DNA of 62,436 bases, counting the filler. It is 8 parts of 8 records of this genome, joined end to end, with 100 filler letters (N's around TTAATTAATTAA, not from the genome) between each part and the next. Parts side by side here need not be neighbours in the genome. Positions count along the whole stretch, not along the records: positions 46,338 to 56,987 come from SRR31156797_29083; positions 57,088 to 62,436 come from SRR31156797_29116; 6 more parts are not named here. The stretch is one strand, 5' to 3'. Under the pieces are notes generated by a model. It made no database searches and was not told the origin of the DNA. It saw only the letters and a program-made list of their open reading frames with translations. Position 1 is the first letter of the stretch; every line of letters starts with the position of its first letter. The translations under genes and the position numbers were made by a program. Below, piece after piece: positions 51,851 through 61,847 of the stretch.

Positions 51851-52843
51851 ATGATCAAAGTTCGTTGGGGAGTATTGAGCACCGCCAATATAGGTCTTAA
51901 AAAGGTTATCCCGGCCATGCAACAGGGGCAATATTCCGAAATCACGGCCATTGCTTCCCGCTCCGGCCAGGCGGCCCGGAAAGCCGCGGACCGGTTGGGC
52001 ATTCCCAAGGCGTTCGGTTCGTACGAGGCGCTCCTCGCCGATCCGGATATTGACGCCGTGTATATCCCGCTGCCCAATCACCTGCACGTCCCCTGGTCTA
52101 TCAAGTCTCTCGAGGCCGGCAAGCATGTTCTGTGCGAAAAGCCCATAGGGATGAGTGTTGCCGAAGCCCGGCAATTGCTGGATGAGGCCGACCGCTATCC
52201 GCACCTCAAGATTATGGAAGCTTTCATGTATCGACTTCACCCCCAATGGCAGAAGGCCAAACGGATAGTCTCGGACGGTGGAATCGGCGTTCTGCGGTCC
52301 ATACAGACCTTTTTCGCCTACCATAACATCGAATCCGAAAATATACGGAACATGGCTGAAGTCGGAGGCGGCGGCCTAATGGATATCGGCTGTTATTGCA
52401 TTTCCCTGGCAAGGTTTTTTTTCGACGCCGAACCCCGGCGGGTCTGCGGAATAAGCGAGATAGATCAGAAATTTAAAACCGATCGGGTCTTCACCGGCAT
52501 AATGGAGTTTGACGGCGGTTCTTCCAGCTTTGTCTGCGCCACTCAACTCGAGCCCTATCAAAGAGTGAACATCCTCGGCGATCGAGGCCGGGTGGAGATC
52601 ATGATTCCTTTTAACGCCCCGCCGGATAAACCATGCCTTATAATCCACCAGCAGGACGAGGATTCAAAAACCATAAGCTTCGATATCTGCGACCAATATA
52701 CCATCCAGGGAGATCTCTTTTCAAAAGCCGTTTTGGAGGACGCACCTGTTCCCACGCCTCTACAAGACGCATGGTTAAATATGGCGGCGCTCGAAGCATT
52801 AAAAGAAAGCGCTGAAAAAGGGGAGTGGATTAATATTGGATAA
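51851..52843 (+). CDS. Gfo/Idh/MocA-family oxidoreductase
   Basis: WGVLSTANIG, YIPLPNHLH, HVLCEKP, GGGLMDIGCY. Confidence 0.93.
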   Translation: MIKVRWGVLSTANIGLKKVIPAMQQGQYSEITAIASRSGQAARKAADRLGIPKAFGSYEALLADPDIDAVYIPLPNHLHVPWSIKSLEAGKHVLCEKPIGMSVAEARQLLDEADRYPHLKIMEAFMYRLHPQWQKAKRIVSDGGIGVLRSIQTFFAYHNIESENIRNMAEVGGGGLMDIGCYCISLARFFFDAEPRRVCGISEIDQKFKTDRVFTGIMEFDGGSSSFVCATQLEPYQRVNILGDRGRVEIMIPFNAPPDKPCLIIHQQDEDSKTISFDICDQYTIQGDLFSKAVLEDAPVPTPLQDAWLNMAALEALKESAEKGEWINIG

Positions 52844-52979
52844 TTATTCAGCCGCAATGCAAAAATTCTCTGTTATGTAGCGACTTAAGATTATAATCAT
52901 TGCATGAACTGTCCCTGCTGTATAATTCATGTTAATAGAACCTGTATTAGGAACACCTTGCTTTATAAAGGCATCTAAG

Positions 52980-53570
52980 ATGGCTGACGAAAACTACTAT
53001 GATATTCTGGGAGTGGACCGAAAAGCGCCTCCGGATAAAATTAAACGAGCCTATCGCGAGCTGCTGGCGGAATGGCATCCGGATCGCAACCCCAAGAGGT
53101 TGGATGAGGCTGAAGAAAAGACTAAAATAATCAATCAAGCCTATCATGTCTTAAAAGACCCGAATCGACGCAAGCAATATGATCGCATGCTGCGCTATAC
53201 CCGGGGAATGGATTACAGCCGGGGAATTGACGAAGAAATTTTTAATAGAAAAGTGGAAAGCTCTTCGCCGTCATTGAAAAGCGTCAAGGAAACTGCAAAG
53301 AATCTTTACTCGATGTACCTGGATGCTCTGAAGGGGAAATATAAACTTAACCCCGCGACCATGGGTCTGATTGTCGGCGGCTTGCTATATTTTATAATAC
53401 CTTTGGACGCCGTCTTCGACTTTATTCCCTTTGTGGGGCTCTTGGACGACCTGGCCGTATTAACTGCCGTCTCCCACTCCATTCAAAAAGAGCTTCAGGC
53501 TTATCAACTCTGGAAAAAGATGCAGGAAGAATTGGAACAGGAAGAAGCGGAAGAAGGCGACCAAACCTGA
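52980..53570 (+). CDS. J-domain protein fused to DUF1232 (YkvA-like)
   Basis: NYYDILGV, WHPDRN, AYHVLKDP..RKQYD; LLYFIIPLD..DFIPFVGLLDD. Confidence 0.88.
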   Translation: MADENYYDILGVDRKAPPDKIKRAYRELLAEWHPDRNPKRLDEAEEKTKIINQAYHVLKDPNRRKQYDRMLRYTRGMDYSRGIDEEIFNRKVESSSPSLKSVKETAKNLYSMYLDALKGKYKLNPATMGLIVGGLLYFIIPLDAVFDFIPFVGLLDDLAVLTAVSHSIQKELQAYQLWKKMQEELEQEEAEEGDQT

Positions 53571-53705
53571 CGAATTGAAGGTCAAAATTCAAAGCTAGGG
53601 AATGGTAAATTTGGAAGGCGCAGAAGAATTGCTGCTATCCCAGGTCCTGGTGTACAAAATGTATTTTGAACGCCAACCAAAACGTGTCTTTCTTTTCAAA
53701 TAGAA

Positions 53706-54494
53706 TCAACGCGGATCAGAAACCTGGCAATTGCTCAATTCCATCAACTTGTCTATAAACTCGTCGTAATTGTCTCTCATGGGCAATTCATACTCAACTT
53801 TTAGCCGTCGGCGAATCGCTGTGGATGACTCCTTTTTCAAGGGATTGAATCCTTCCTTCTCGAAGTCCTCCCAATAAACGCCGATGCCTCGCTTCTGCCA
53901 GCCTGGCAGGTCGTTGTAGTTAAGCCCGAACTTAAACAATAGTTCGTTTTTTTCAGCCACAGTCAGGCCAAGCAAACGTTTATCCGCTTCACGCGCACTC
54001 AGCCCCTCGCGGCGGTAAGCCCAATAACAGTGTGAATTCAATGCATTTCGGTGAGCATCCTCATTGCGCCAGCGAAAATAATCAATTACAAGTTGTCGAT
54101 TCGGCAGTTGAGAAATCCGGCAATCAAAGCTGCCTACGGCGCCCAGCCCCAGTGAAAACCTGGCCCCAGCTTCACTGGCTAAAATGGAATTGAGCTTTCT
54201 CAGTTTTCGATTAAAAGCATTTTCCCCAATATTAAACAGCAGGGAAATTTCATCACTTTCAGTATACCCATAGATCATTTTGAAGCCGCAATTCATTAGG
54301 TGAACGACAGTCGAGACCATCATGTCGCGGAAGCGTTCATCATAGGGCGCCTCGAACCGGTGAACCTCCTTGGTCAATCGAGTAAATCCACGGCCGTCCA
54401 GCCTGGCGACCATCCATATATCGGGCGGGACGCAGTAATCGGAGGCGGTTTCATAAATCCTCAATTTTGCATCCAGTTCGTTAAACTTCATCAT
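53706..54494 (-). CDS. Thg1-like protein (tRNAHis guanylyltransferase family, 3'-5' polymerase)
   Basis: VARLDGRGF and YTESDEISL metal-binding motifs, FDCR, YFRWR..DAHRN, LP.WQKRG. Confidence 0.93.
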   Translation of the reverse strand: MMKFNELDAKLRIYETASDYCVPPDIWMVARLDGRGFTRLTKEVHRFEAPYDERFRDMMVSTVVHLMNCGFKMIYGYTESDEISLLFNIGENAFNRKLRKLNSILASEAGARFSLGLGAVGSFDCRISQLPNRQLVIDYFRWRNEDAHRNALNSHCYWAYRREGLSAREADKRLLGLTVAEKNELLFKFGLNYNDLPGWQKRGIGVYWEDFEKEGFNPLKKESSTAIRRRLKVEYELPMRDNYDEFIDKLMELSNCQVSDPR

Positions 54495-54930
54495 CCCACT
54501 CCATAACGATAAACCGGCCGTGGTCAATAATACTCACATAATACAATTCATCGAATCCCTCATCGAACGAAGGTAATTCAATAACATTGTATGCGGCCAA
54601 AATACCTGCTTCCGGAATCCTTGCAGCTTCCTTTCTTCTATCGTTGCGTTCCAGGCATTCCTGTATTTTTGACTGGAAATAATAGCCGACCAGGCGAAAT
54701 CCTTCTTGTTTAATCCGGGGTATGTATCTTTGACGATCTTTTTTTGTTGGATTTGTATTATCAATCACGAACGAAGCCTTGCCATCAAGGCAAGCCTCAA
54801 AAAGTATGCTTTCCCGATGCCTGGTTTTCAGCATATCCAGGTTCAGGCGAACATGAGATTCGAAAAACTTCTCCCTGAAGAAAGTGGATTTCCCCGATGC
54901 CTGGATGCCCATAAAAATGATTGCTTCCAT
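54481..54930 (-). CDS. AAA_33 / polynucleotide-kinase-like P-loop protein
   Basis: GIQASGKST, NLDML, VIDNTN, CLERN..R, P.FDEGFD; overlaps the Thg1-like start. Confidence 0.85.
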   Translation of the reverse strand: MEAIIFMGIQASGKSTFFREKFFESHVRLNLDMLKTRHRESILFEACLDGKASFVIDNTNPTKKDRQRYIPRIKQEGFRLVGYYFQSKIQECLERNDRRKEAARIPEAGILAAYNVIELPSFDEGFDELYYVSIIDHGRFIVMEWDDEV

Positions 54931-54994
54931 ATGAATTGTATTAAACCTAAATTATGCGGCCTGAATCTGCTGTCATGGAGCATTCAAGGGCCTT

Positions 54995-56026
54995 TCATTT
55001 TATTGACGGCCAAGTATCGGATAACTTGTATCCTCCCGGCCACGGATCTGTCGGGTCCAGCATATGTTGATGGGTCCCCGTGATCCAGGCCCGGCCGGTT
55101 ATACTGGGAGTCACCGCTTCCAGTTCTCCCGCATGGGCCATGGATTCTATTCGGCAATGAAACCGTGAGCCAATAATGGATTCACCAATATACCGATCTC
55201 CAACGTCCAGCAGCCCTCTTTTTTTCAAAACGGCCAGACGGGCGGAACAGCCGGTTCCGGTTGGAGAACGGTCGATCTTTCCCGGTTGAATTGCAACAGC
55301 GTTTCGCCCCACATATACCCCGTCTTCCTTTCTCAACGGCGCTGCAATCTGACAGAATGATATGTGCTTCCAATCCGGGTTTTCCGGATGATAGAACCCG
55401 AGTTGCTCCGTGGCTGCGTTAGCGACCTTGATGCCGGCTTCTGCCAAATCCCTGGCTTCGTCGGGAGATACCTCAAATCCAATCTCTTCTGCTTCGACAA
55501 TGACAAAACTGTCTCCGCCATAGGCCGTGTCCACGGTCAGGGTTCCGTAGCCCTCTACCTCAAGCCTGGCATCCAGCTTATTGACGAATGACGGAACATT
55601 GTGAATCGTGACCCGTTCGACCTTGCCGTCCCGGCAGTCGGCAACAGCCTGTATAAGTCCGCCGGGAGCCTCGAGGGTCAATTGCGTGACCGGCTCCTCC
55701 ATTGGCAGGATGCCGGTCTCCAGAAGCACAGTGGATACACAGATACTGTTGGATCCGGACATGGGCGGCGTGTGCACAGGCTCCATGATTATCCATCCCA
55801 TTTGGGCGGCCGGGTTCCTGGGCGGCACAAGCAGGTTAACATGCCGAAATACTCCGCCTCGGGGCTCGTTGAGCATAAATTCGCGCAATGTTTTATCCCT
55901 GGCTATCCAGAGGGACTGTTCCCATAGGGTGTCACCTGGAGGGGGCGCCACGCCGCCAACGATGACATCCCCCACTTCGCCTTCCGCATGACAACTGACC
56001 GTATGTATAATTTTATTTGTGTGCAT
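54995..56026 (-). CDS. Proline racemase family protein with a Ser/Thr active-site pair
   Basis: HAEGE, EPRG, MSGSN in place of [12 protein letters not shown] in place of DRSPCGTG. Confidence 0.9.
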   Translation of the reverse strand: MHTNKIIHTVSCHAEGEVGDVIVGGVAPPPGDTLWEQSLWIARDKTLREFMLNEPRGGVFRHVNLLVPPRNPAAQMGWIIMEPVHTPPMSGSNSICVSTVLLETGILPMEEPVTQLTLEAPGGLIQAVADCRDGKVERVTIHNVPSFVNKLDARLEVEGYGTLTVDTAYGGDSFVIVEAEEIGFEVSPDEARDLAEAGIKVANAATEQLGFYHPENPDWKHISFCQIAAPLRKEDGVYVGRNAVAIQPGKIDRSPTGTGCSARLAVLKKRGLLDVGDRYIGESIIGSRFHCRIESMAHAGELEAVTPSITGRAWITGTHQHMLDPTDPWPGGYKLSDTWPSIK

Positions 56027-56229
56027 AAATTTTGATCCTCAAGGATTATTATTTCATCAAACTGCCTGAAAATATGGCGTTTACCCAATTTGTGGACATA
56101 CTATTTCATCGATCGTGTCACGGTCAAGATCCAACCATGCCAAACAGGCCGGCATTGTTGGTTGCATGTCGTTATTGGTCGCATCCAACCACTGAGCGTC
56201 TTTTGTCAATCGGGTAATTCCCCGGCAGC

Positions 56230-56664
56230 TTAATGTATCATGTCGGCGATTTTTTTCCCGTATTCCTGGGCTGCATCCACGCCGCCTTCGGCCCAGCTTG
56301 CCTTCAGCATTAACGGTTCCGGCATCGTCTTCATTTTATAGATATGGTGCATTGTATCAAATATTCTTACAGCAGCTTCCCCGCTCCAACCGTATGCGCC
56401 GAACGCCCCGCCGGGTTTGCCGTCAAGTTCCGCACGTTCCGCAATGAACAACGCCTGTTTCATGGATTTCATCATTTCGCCATGGTAAGTGGGCGATCCG
56501 AATGCATAGGCGTCATATCCTTCTAGATCCTCTTCGGTTTTAATCTCTTCCGCCTTTTTCAAGCAGGCCTTATGTCCGGCCTGCCGAACTCCCTCGCCAA
56601 TCAACTCCGCAATCCCTCTTGTTTCATTTGCCCGTGAGGCGTAGACAATCAGTACTTCACCCAT
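56230..56664 (-). CDS. Flavodoxin-domain protein
   Basis: IVYAS..NET, FGSPTYHG, AFGAYGWSGEA. Confidence 0.88.
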   Translation of the reverse strand: MGEVLIVYASRANETRGIAELIGEGVRQAGHKACLKKAEEIKTEEDLEGYDAYAFGSPTYHGEMMKSMKQALFIAERAELDGKPGGAFGAYGWSGEAAVRIFDTMHHIYKMKTMPEPLMLKASWAEGGVDAAQEYGKKIADMIH

Positions 56665-56987
56665 CTTTTTTCCTTTTTTTACAAAATAATTAAATAGTGT
56701 CTGCTTGAATATACACCATTGTATTGTCATTTGGTTTTATAGGGTAGTATTTTTGAAACAAATGCCCTTCCGGCATCAGGTAATTGCCTAAACTATAATT
56801 TTTTGCAATTGATTTAAATCAAAGACAAGGTTAAAACATTACAATAATCTGATCCTGAACTCATTCATTTCAGGCATTTATGAAGCTACCTGCAGTAAGC
56901 CAAAGGGTGTAAAACAGGAAAAAGGCCTTATAAATCGTAGCAAGCCGAGAGGCAGCTAATCCGCTTCATTAGACCTTCGGTCGGTCA

Positions 56988-57087
56988 NNNNNNNNNNNNN
57001 NNNNNNNNNNNNNNNNNNNNNNNNNNNNNNNTTAATTAATTAANNNNNNNNNNNNNNNNNNNNNNNNNNNNNNNNNNNNNNNNNNNN
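56988..57087. other. Artificial contig spacer
   Basis: N run with TTAATTAATTAA. Confidence 0.99.
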
Positions 57088-57135
57088 CTGGATTGTGGTT
57101 CCAGAGGTCGCCGGTTCAAATCCGGTCTTCCACCC
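57088..57135 (+). tRNA. tRNA-His(GTG) 3' part (5' truncated, CCA not encoded)
   Basis: Anticodon arm CTGGA-TTGTGGT-TCCAG; T arm GCCGG-TTCAAAT-CCGGT; ends CCACCC. Confidence 0.9.
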
Positions 57136-57146
57136 TTTTAAAAATT

Positions 57147-57172
57147 AAGCCTCAGTATTTCTGAGGCTTTTT
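57147..57172 (+). terminator. Terminator after tRNA-His
   Basis: AAGCCTCAG-TATTT-CTGAGGCTT followed by T run. Confidence 0.8.
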
Positions 57173-57372
57173 ACTCCTCTTTTTGAAGACGATTGATATC
57201 GGATAACGGGTTCTGGTCTTTCGCCATGTTATCATCTTCCCTATTTTTAAATATTAAATGCTGAAATGAAAAAAGTGTGATGAATACATTTTCATTTTAG
57301 TAACGATTAAAACAAAGTGGTAAAACCAGGTGAAAACATGGTATGGCTATGCTTTCATAAAAAATAAATAAT

Positions 57373-59157
57373 ATGGGGTTTGATAGGGTTGTTAAAATTC
57401 TTTCCCGATTTATTCCGACGCCAAGGTTAAAAGAGCATTTATATGTAGAATGGAAAAATAAGGTGCTGATTTTAATGTTGGGAGCTTTTGTGATTATCGG
57501 GCCAATTGCTTTTATTCCGGGCATTGCTATATCAATTCATGAAGGTGTATGGGGGTTGGTAATCACAGATATAATTGTTTATTCATTGTTACTTTTTGTA
57601 GCCTTTTCAAAAAAGTTAAGTTCAAATACTAAGGTAATTGTAAGTATTGCCACTTTTTTATTGCTCTCTGTTGCGGTGTTTCTGCAAATAGGAACTCGTG
57701 GTTCAGGATTTAACTGGATGTTTATTTTTGTATTACTGGCCTGTTTCTTTTATGGCTATAAAGGATTGATTTATTCAGAGCTAATCTCTTTGCTTACTTT
57801 GTTATTACTTGCTATTCCAATAATGATTGATTCGCCTTATACTATGGAACTTAATCATTACGGGAAGTCAGGGTGGTTGGTGAATATTATTCTTTTTATT
57901 ACTACAAGTTTTTTCTTTTCCATTTTGCTGGTAGAAATATTGCAAAACCTGAGCCGTTCAATAAAAAAGGAAAAGGAAATTTCAACGCTTTTACTCGAAA
58001 ATCAATTTAAATTAAGGGAGCAACGTAATCGGGCAGAGGAAGCAGATCGGTTAAAATCTGAGTTTTTGGCCAATATGAGTCATGAGATCAGGACTCCCAT
58101 GAATGCCTTACTGGGATTCTCCAATATGCTTGGTGAACCAGGGCTGGATAAGGCAACTTTAGAACATTATCGCGAGGTGGTTAATGTTTCAGGAGAACAA
58201 TTGGTTCGGTTGATTGATGATATTATTGATGTGTCAAAAATTGAATCAAATCAAATGAAACTTGAATTAAGCGAAGTTGATATTACGTTGGCTTTGTTGG
58301 AAGTTGTTGAGGTAAGCAGAAATAAAATAGAAACTTTAAAGAGCAGATTGGAACTAAATTATAGTTTGCCCGATGGATTAAAACCAGTCCGTACTATTAC
58401 CGATGAAATACGTTTGAAACAGATTGTTACGAATTTGATTGATAATGCAATTAAATATTCTGAGTCGGGAACAATAGAGGTTGGGTGTAAAGTAATTGAA
58501 AATGTTACTCCTGCTACAATTGAAGTTTACGTGAAAGATGAAGGAAAAGGTATTCCGGAAGATGAATTAAAAACGATTTTTGATCGTTTCTCACAAGCTT
58601 CAAACATCGATTTTAAGAAAGGCGCAGGTCTTGGTTTGAGCATTGTAAAAGGATTGCTTGACATGCTTGAAGGAAGAATCTGGGTGGAATCGGAAGAAAA
58701 CAAGGGGAGTAAGTTTACTTTCTCTTTGCCATTAAAGGATGTTGATTTAAATCGTTTACAAACACAAGATGATGATATTGATCCGGAAATACCCCATTGG
58801 GCTGGAAAAAATATTTGGATTGCAGAGGATGATCTGAGTTCATATCTCTTGTTAAAACAGATTATTCAAAAAACCGGAGCACATGTGGAACGTGCAGAAA
58901 ACGGACAGGTATTATTGGAAAAGTTAGAACACAAATTGCCCGATTTGGTTTTGCTGGATATAAATATGCCAGTTATGAATGGTTTTGATGCGATGATTGA
59001 AATTAGGAAAAAATATGGCGACCTGCCCGTGATTGCCCAAACGGCTTATGCGATGCTGGAAGAAAAGCAACGGTGTTTGGAAGCGGGTTGCGATGATTAC
59101 ATTCCCAAACCAATAAAAGAACCCGATTTAATTGAAAAAATAAAACTTTATCTATAG
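57373..59157 (+). CDS. Membrane-bound hybrid sensor histidine kinase/receiver
   Basis: About six TMs; FLANMSHEIRTPMN, NLIDNAIKY, DEGKGI, GAGLGL; AEDD, LLDINMP, KP. Confidence 0.93.
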   Translation: MGFDRVVKILSRFIPTPRLKEHLYVEWKNKVLILMLGAFVIIGPIAFIPGIAISIHEGVWGLVITDIIVYSLLLFVAFSKKLSSNTKVIVSIATFLLLSVAVFLQIGTRGSGFNWMFIFVLLACFFYGYKGLIYSELISLLTLLLLAIPIMIDSPYTMELNHYGKSGWLVNIILFITTSFFFSILLVEILQNLSRSIKKEKEISTLLLENQFKLREQRNRAEEADRLKSEFLANMSHEIRTPMNALLGFSNMLGEPGLDKATLEHYREVVNVSGEQLVRLIDDIIDVSKIESNQMKLELSEVDITLALLEVVEVSRNKIETLKSRLELNYSLPDGLKPVRTITDEIRLKQIVTNLIDNAIKYSESGTIEVGCKVIENVTPATIEVYVKDEGKGIPEDELKTIFDRFSQASNIDFKKGAGLGLSIVKGLLDMLEGRIWVESEENKGSKFTFSLPLKDVDLNRLQTQDDDIDPEIPHWAGKNIWIAEDDLSSYLLLKQIIQKTGAHVERAENGQVLLEKLEHKLPDLVLLDINMPVMNGFDAMIEIRKKYGDLPVIAQTAYAMLEEKQRCLEAGCDDYIPKPIKEPDLIEKIKLYL

Positions 59158-59171
59158 CAAGTAAATAGTAT

Positions 59172-59723
59172 ATGCAAATAACAGCTATAATTCTGGCAGG
59201 AGGAAAAAGCAAACGCATGGGAAAAGATAAGGCCATGTTGAAACTCGATGGTAAAACGCTACTTAAAAGATGTGTAAAGCTTTGCGAGGAATTTACGAAC
59301 GATATTATCATTAGTAGCAATAATCCTAAACACTCTAATCTTGGGTATCCGGTTGTAGGTGATGAGATTGAGAATTGTGGACCCATTGGAGGAATATATT
59401 CTTCTTTAAAACAGTCGGGAAATAAATGGAACTTTGTTATTAGTGTTGATGCCGCATTTGTTGAATTTGATTTTATAGCTTTTTTAGCCGACTTTACTGA
59501 GAATTACGAAGCAGTAGTACCGTTTACTCTAAAAGGGAAAGAGCCACTCATTGCTTTCTACAACAAAAATATTTTGCCGCTTGTAGAAGAGAGAGTAAAA
59601 TCAGGTGATTATAAAATGCATAATCTGGTAAGTGAAATAAACACAAACTTTGTGGATTCGCAGATGTGGGTGGAAAGGTATACCAGGTTATTTCATAACC
59701 TAAACAAACCAGAAGATTTATAA
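59172..59723 (+). CDS. mobA: Molybdenum cofactor guanylyltransferase
   Basis: ILAGGKSKRMGKDKA, GPIGG, EPLIAFY, NLNKPED. Confidence 0.88.
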   Translation: MQITAIILAGGKSKRMGKDKAMLKLDGKTLLKRCVKLCEEFTNDIIISSNNPKHSNLGYPVVGDEIENCGPIGGIYSSLKQSGNKWNFVISVDAAFVEFDFIAFLADFTENYEAVVPFTLKGKEPLIAFYNKNILPLVEERVKSGDYKMHNLVSEINTNFVDSQMWVERYTRLFHNLNKPEDL

Positions 59724-59760
59724 TCGTTTTAGAACTAAACCGGAACTGTTGCGATCGTTT

Positions 59761-60450
59761 TTATCCAAACTCCGATATATTTTGTAGCCGTTTTTTATCA
59801 GCAATTAATATATCCTTGCCAAAAATCTTAATGATTTTATCTTTCCGGAATTCCGAAAGTGTACGTATAACATTTTCTGTAGTCATACCAATATATTCGG
59901 CTATCTCTCTGCGCGAGATCGGTAACTCAAATTCATCGCTGTTATAAATATGATTAGAGAAATACAACAATACATGAGCTATTCTGCCTTTAAGGTGTTT
60001 GCGCTTAATGTCAAGGTTGTCTAATACAATTTTATCAGTTGCCTTACTAATGTGCGACATTAAGTCCATGGCAAACATTGCATTCTTTTGGGCAAACTTT
60101 TTTACAATATTCAGATCAAGAATACAAACTGTAGTTTCTTCAATGGCAGTTACTGAATAAATGTATTTTTTCGAGGAAAAAATCGATAAAAGACTAACAA
60201 AATCAAAGGGTTTTGAAAAACTGATAATCTGATCTTTTCCATCTGCTGTGCCTTTCGAAAGTTTTACCAATCCTTCTTTCATATAAATGAATTCCTTAAT
60301 GGGCTCGCCTTCATTTATTATTGATTCACCTTTGGCATATTCTTGTTCAACTTTTATATCGCAAATGTTGGCCAGCTCATCATTTTCAATGTGAGCAAAG
60401 AATAAACTTCGTAGTTGACAATTTTCACATATACACGTTTTGTTCTCCAT
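59761..60450 (-). CDS. Crp/Fnr-family regulator with a Cys-rich N-terminus
   Basis: TCICENC, cNMP-type domain, HTH ISRREIAEYIGMTTENVIRTLS. Confidence 0.9.
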   Translation of the reverse strand: MENKTCICENCQLRSLFFAHIENDELANICDIKVEQEYAKGESIINEGEPIKEFIYMKEGLVKLSKGTADGKDQIISFSKPFDFVSLLSIFSSKKYIYSVTAIEETTVCILDLNIVKKFAQKNAMFAMDLMSHISKATDKIVLDNLDIKRKHLKGRIAHVLLYFSNHIYNSDEFELPISRREIAEYIGMTTENVIRTLSEFRKDKIIKIFGKDILIADKKRLQNISEFG

Positions 60451-60496
60451 TTTTCTGAATTACCTCATGTATTCTACCTGCAATGTACCACTTTCT

Positions 60497-60529
60497 TATG
60501 ATATTTATTACAGTGTGATAATTATCATA
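60497..60529. promoter_or_regulatory. Tandem Crp/Fnr-type boxes in the divergent promoter
   Basis: TATGA-N6-TTACA (60497-60512) and TGTGA-TAATTA-TCATA (60514-60529). Confidence 0.6.
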
Positions 60530-60600
60530 ACATGTTATAAAGCAAGAGGTTCGGGCTGTGCTAAATTTATATCGCATTTAAACCAATAGAACAAAGTAAT

Positions 60601-61836
60601 ATGAAGAGAATAGTTATTCTGGGCGCCGGAACTGCAGGCACAATGATGGCTAATAAACTAAGAAAAGCTCTGGACAAGGAAGAGTGGTCGATAACCATTG
60701 TTGACCAGTTTAAAACGCATTACTATCAGCCGGGTTTTCTGTTTATTCCTTTCGGAATTTATAATCAGGATGATGTTGTAAAACCAAAATCGGATTTTAT
60801 ACCAGCCGGGGTGAATATGATTTATTCCGCTATTGACCGTATAAATGCGGAAGAAAACAAAGTACACCTTGAAGGGGGGCAAATTTTCAATTACGATTAC
60901 CTGATTATAGCTACAGGCACAAAAATTTATCCGGATGAAACGCCTGGATTACAAGACAAGTTGTGGTATAAAGAGATATTTGATTTCTATACGATAGAAG
61001 GAGCAGTAGCTCTGCAAAAGTTTTTTAAAGGCTGGGAAGGAGGTAAGCTTGTAATGGCAATAACCGAGTTACCCTATAAATGCCCGGTTGCACCACTCGA
61101 GTTTGTATTTCTTGCCGATGCTTATTTTACCGAAATAGGGATGCGCGACAAAGTTGATATCTCCTATGTTACTCCAATGCCGGGAGCCTTTACAAAACCT
61201 GTTGCCACTAAAATGCTTTCAGAGTTACTGGAAGAAAAGAACATTAAAGTTATACCCGATTTTTATATTGAACGAGTTGATAATGAAGCTAAAAAGCTTG
61301 TGTCGTACGACGAGAAAGTAGTTGATTTTGATGTGTTGACTGTGGTGCCGGTTAACATGGGTGATGAAATGATTGAACGAAGTGGGTTAGGTGATGATAT
61401 GAATTTTGTTCCTACCGATAAACATACTTTGCAGTCGAATGCACATGAAAATATTTTTGTGCTGGGAGATGCTGCAAATATTCCTACATCCAAGGCCGGT
61501 TCGGTAGCACATTTTGCTTCAGAGATTCTTTTTGAAAATTTAATGAGTTCTATTGAAGGGCGTCCAATGCTGGCAAAATTCGACGGCCATGCAAATTGTT
61601 ACATTGAAACAGGGCATGGCAAAGGTGCATTAATCGATTTTAATTACGATACAGAACCACTTCCGGGTACCTTCCCACTTCCAGGAATCGGACCTTTTGG
61701 CTTACTGAAAAACACAAAGATTAACCACTACGGGAAAGTGATGTTCCGTTGGATTTATTGGCACATTTTATTAAAAGGAAAAGAAATGCCGGTTGAGCCT
61801 TTAATGACAATGGCCGGGAAAAAGAAGGTGAATTAA
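60601..61836 (+). CDS. Sulfide:quinone oxidoreductase-like flavoprotein
   Basis: GAGTAG, HYYQPG, IIATG, KCPVAPLE, LGDAAN.PTSKAG, GHANCYIE. Confidence 0.85.
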   Translation: MKRIVILGAGTAGTMMANKLRKALDKEEWSITIVDQFKTHYYQPGFLFIPFGIYNQDDVVKPKSDFIPAGVNMIYSAIDRINAEENKVHLEGGQIFNYDYLIIATGTKIYPDETPGLQDKLWYKEIFDFYTIEGAVALQKFFKGWEGGKLVMAITELPYKCPVAPLEFVFLADAYFTEIGMRDKVDISYVTPMPGAFTKPVATKMLSELLEEKNIKVIPDFYIERVDNEAKKLVSYDEKVVDFDVLTVVPVNMGDEMIERSGLGDDMNFVPTDKHTLQSNAHENIFVLGDAANIPTSKAGSVAHFASEILFENLMSSIEGRPMLAKFDGHANCYIETGHGKGALIDFNYDTEPLPGTFPLPGIGPFGLLKNTKINHYGKVMFRWIYWHILLKGKEMPVEPLMTMAGKKKVN

Positions 61837-61847
61837 AGCCTGCTAAA

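Noticed and set aside
11547..57087. Seven recurrences of TTAATTAATTAA within N runs
   Set aside because: Identical 100-bp artificial spacers, not a biological repeat or CRISPR array
53706..57135. Thg1-like gene close to tRNA-His
   Set aside because: They lie on different contigs of different composition; the proximity is a concatenation artefact
46210..57135. tRNA 5' and 3' halves bracketing segment 7 as a split tRNA or integrated island
   Set aside because: The halves are different tRNAs (Pro and His) on separate contigs; assemblies often break at tRNAs
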